Shown: positions 61,757 to 64,000 of the stretch, piece by piece
Numbering within the stretch: position 1 is the first letter of the stretch
Layout: every line of letters begins with the position of its first letter
NCBI GenBank assembly: GCA_015233335.1
Contig: JADFXX010000009.1
Location: 368 to 64,367, forward strand
DNA: 64,000 nucleotides
Reading direction: 5' to 3'
Origin: Candidatus Omnitrophota bacterium
GTDB lineage: Bacteria > Omnitrophota > Gorgyraeia > Zapsychrales > Fredricksoniimonadaceae
Translations under genes and position numbers: made by a program
Notes under the pieces: generated by a model
What the model saw: the letters and a program-made list of their open reading frames with translations, nothing else
Told to the model about the DNA's origin: nothing
The model's database searches: none

Positions 61757-64000
61757 ATGAAGCTTGAACATCTCAATGAGATCAAGGGCATTGTGATTCT
61801 TGCCTTAAGTCTCATTCTTTTGGCCAGTCTTGTTTCTTTTACGCCCACAGATCTTGCCTGGTTTGTTTCGAAGCCTAATCTTCATCCTCAAAATTGGATC
61901 GGGATTGCCGGTGCGTATAGCGCCGGCATTCTTTTTTTCCTGGTCGGTTTAAGTGCCTATTTCTTTGTTGGTATCGGCATATTCTTCAGTTGGAATAAAT
62001 TCACCTCCCGAGACCTGCCTTTTAACTTCTTTAAGTTTTTAAGCACTCTTATTTTGTTTCTTGTCACCGCCGCCCTTTTTAGTTTTTTTGCAGAAAACAG
62101 CGATGGGGCACGCTTGACCAACGGCGGGGTCGTAGGCGTCGTGTTTAGCGGTTTTTTGGTTGATTATTTTCAACGTACGGGAGCTTTCATTATTTTGGCT
62201 GCTCTTGGATTATTAAACCTGGTTGTTATCGGAGAATTCTTAGTATCGCCTTTTTTCATATGGCTGGGCCTGGGAATTCTTCGGGTTTTTCAAAGAATTT
62301 TTAAGGGAGTGCCCATAGCCGCTATTCCTCTGATCCACTCAAAGTCTCAAGAAAAACAGGATAAGATCACACCCGTCAGAAACAAAGAGGTGAAGAAGCC
62401 GGAGGTTCTTTTGCCCCAAGCGGGTGTCCCTCGCCCACAGTTACCTAATACCGCAGAACCGAAAAACACCCCTGCGGCGGTTAAGCCTAATATTCATATT
62501 GTTGCCGCTCCCAAAATGCAGGCCCCATCTGCTCCTGATACGCCGGTGTCGGTCAAGAAAGTGGGGGAGTATCATCTGCCCAGCATGGATTTACTTAAAG
62601 ATCCTCCGAAAATATCAGACGATAAGATCCAGGAAAAGCTCATGAGCGGGGCAAAAATTCTGGAAGAAACTTTAAGCGATTTCGGGGTCAATGTCAAGGT
62701 GGCGGATATTGAACGGGGCCCTGTGATCACCCGTTATGAATTACAGCCGGCACCGGGTGTCAAAGTCGGGAGCATAGCCAGTTTGAGTAATGATCTGGCT
62801 ATGGCGTTAAGCGCATCAGCCGTGCGTATTTTAGCCCCTATTCCGGGTAAAAACCGGGTTGGTATCGAAGTCCCCAATGGTTCTTCAGCCGCGGTTTTTT
62901 TGAAAGATGTGATCGCCCAGTCACACTTGCGGCCCGTTATATCAAAACTTGATTTATCCGTCGGTAAAGATACTTCAGGCAAACCTTTGATCGTGGATTT
63001 AGGCGATATGCCTCACTTGCTTGTGGCCGGGACAACAGGTTCGGGGAAAACCGTTTGTTTAAACAGTTTGATCATGTCCATTTTGTATAATGCTTCGCCT
63101 TCTGAAGTCAAGTTCATCATGATCGATCCCAAAATGGTGGAGTTAGTTCCCTACAATAATTTACCGCATTTGCTTTGTCCGGTCGTCACTGATGCCCGTA
63201 AAGCCACACCCGCACTGAACTGGCTTGTGATGGAAATGGAATCCCGTTATAAATTATTTAATAAAGAAGTGGTCCGCAATATCAAAGGATACCACGCCAA
63301 AGGTTTAGATATGCCTTATATTGTGGTAGTGGTTGATGAGCTAGCTGACTTGATGCAGGTTTCCGCAAAATCAGTAGAGGGGGCCATTACCCGCTTGGCG
63401 CAACTGGCGCGCGCGACAGGCATTCATTTGATTTTGGCCACCCAGCGTCCTTCGGTCGATGTTATTACAGGGGTTATTAAAGCTAATTTTTCTTCCAGGA
63501 TTTCTTTTAAAGTCGCTTCCAAAGTAGATTCGCGTACGGTGCTTGATACCAATGGGGCAGAGACTCTTTTAGGTAAGGGGGATTTTCTCTTTATGAGAAC
63601 CGGGGACCCTAAGCCTATCCGTGGGCAATGCTGTTATGTGTCTGATGAAGAGATCAGTCAGGTCATTGATTTTATCAAAAAACAAGGTGAGCCGGAGTAT
63701 AATGATAGCGTTCTTAAACCCCAGCCGTCTGCGGGTGTGGGCAATACGGATGAAAAAGATGAAATGTATGATGAGGCTGTAAAGGTCGTGATTGAAACCA
63801 ATCAGGCGTCGGTCACGATCTTACAGCGTCGTCTTCGTCTGGGATATTCAAGGGCCGCGCGCCTGATCGACATGATGGAACAAAACGGTTTGGTTGGGCC
63901 CTACGCTGGCAGTAAGGGAAGGGATATTTTAGTGGATCGCGAGAAATGGCTTTTAGAGAATACAGGAGAGGTAAATACCAATGCCGATAACGGACAACAA
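61757..64000 (+). CDS. ftsK: DNA translocase FtsK/SpoIIIE, 3' end beyond the window
   Basis: Open frame of 748 codons with no stop, so it is absent from the track. N-terminal TM helices, a P-rich linker, ERGPVITRYELQPAPGVK, Walker A AGTTGSGKT and the gamma-domain ILQRRLRLGYSRAARLIDMME. Confidence 0.9.
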   Translation, partial: MKLEHLNEIKGIVILALSLILLASLVSFTPTDLAWFVSKPNLHPQNWIGIAGAYSAGILFFLVGLSAYFFVGIGIFFSWNKFTSRDLPFNFFKFLSTLILFLVTAALFSFFAENSDGARLTNGGVVGVVFSGFLVDYFQRTGAFIILAALGLLNLVVIGEFLVSPFFIWLGLGILRVFQRIFKGVPIAAIPLIHSKSQEKQDKITPVRNKEVKKPEVLLPQAGVPRPQLPNTAEPKNTPAAVKPNIHIVAAPKMQAPSAPDTPVSVKKVGEYHLPSMDLLKDPPKISDDKIQEKLMSGAKILEETLSDFGVNVKVADIERGPVITRYELQPAPGVKVGSIASLSNDLAMALSASAVRILAPIPGKNRVGIEVPNGSSAAVFLKDVIAQSHLRPVISKLDLSVGKDTSGKPLIVDLGDMPHLLVAGTTGSGKTVCLNSLIMSILYNASPSEVKFIMIDPKMVELVPYNNLPHLLCPVVTDARKATPALNWLVMEMESRYKLFNKEVVRNIKGYHAKGLDMPYIVVVVDELADLMQVSAKSVEGAITRLAQLARATGIHLILATQRPSVDVITGVIKANFSSRISFKVASKVDSRTVLDTNGAETLLGKGDFLFMRTGDPKPIRGQCCYVSDEEISQVIDFIKKQGEPEYNDSVLKPQPSAGVGNTDEKDEMYDEAVKVVIETNQASVTILQRRLRLGYSRAARLIDMMEQNGLVGPYAGSKGRDILVDREKWLLENTGEVNTNADNGQQ

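Overview
This is a 64-kb bacterial chromosomal window with tightly packed genes in the standard genetic code. I call about 85 protein genes, and all but eight are on the + strand. The window opens inside a tmRNA gene (ssrA) and ends inside ftsK, an open reading frame absent from the supplied track because it has no stop in the window. Recognisable housekeeping genes are pckA, rpsO-pnp-ftsK, a 2-Cys peroxiredoxin, a SUI1/YciH-type factor, an FKBP PPIase and a MarC-family protein. Envelope and surface genes are abundant. They include three PilT-type ATPases, a prepilin-like protein, an orphan Flp-type pilin, a PilZ protein and three AsmA/DUF748-like proteins. They also include two GT-C-like membrane glycosyltransferases, a GT1, a GT2 with DUF2304, a porin-like OMP, and SPOR and PG-binding proteins. 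Four functional clusters stand out. (1) A translationally coupled SRAP-lipoprotein-CPCC-UmuD-UmuC damage-tolerance operon. (2) An Rrf2-cupin-qNOR-hemerythrin-YwiC-ferredoxin nitric-oxide cluster. (3) A cupredoxin gene followed by an FTR1 iron permease that runs in frame into a beta-barrel-like domain. (4) A minus-strand block that looks G+C-richer, with two 2OG-Fe(II) oxygenase-like genes, a chorismatase/Rid-like gene and an ELM1-like gene. The roughly 7 kb after ssrA looks mosaic: it holds a degenerate copy of the ssrA 3' end, a relic of the tspO 3' end, a relic resembling the end of nnrE, and an orphan N6-adenine methyltransferase. Non-coding structure not explained by genes includes a 55-nt intergenic element present twice, a 48-nt SD-adjacent leader element present twice, and a GTCATCCTGAGCGAAG-type palindromic repeat family with a 23-nt tandem array. 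There are also duplicated mini-MscS genes and tandem CheX-like paralogs. I saw no CRISPR array, rRNA, tRNA, transposase or integrase. All family assignments come from recognising motifs by eye, not from database searches. The lineage is unknown; pilin-rich gene content and moderate-to-low G+C would fit an uncultured PVC-related or candidate-phylum bacterium, but that is a guess.
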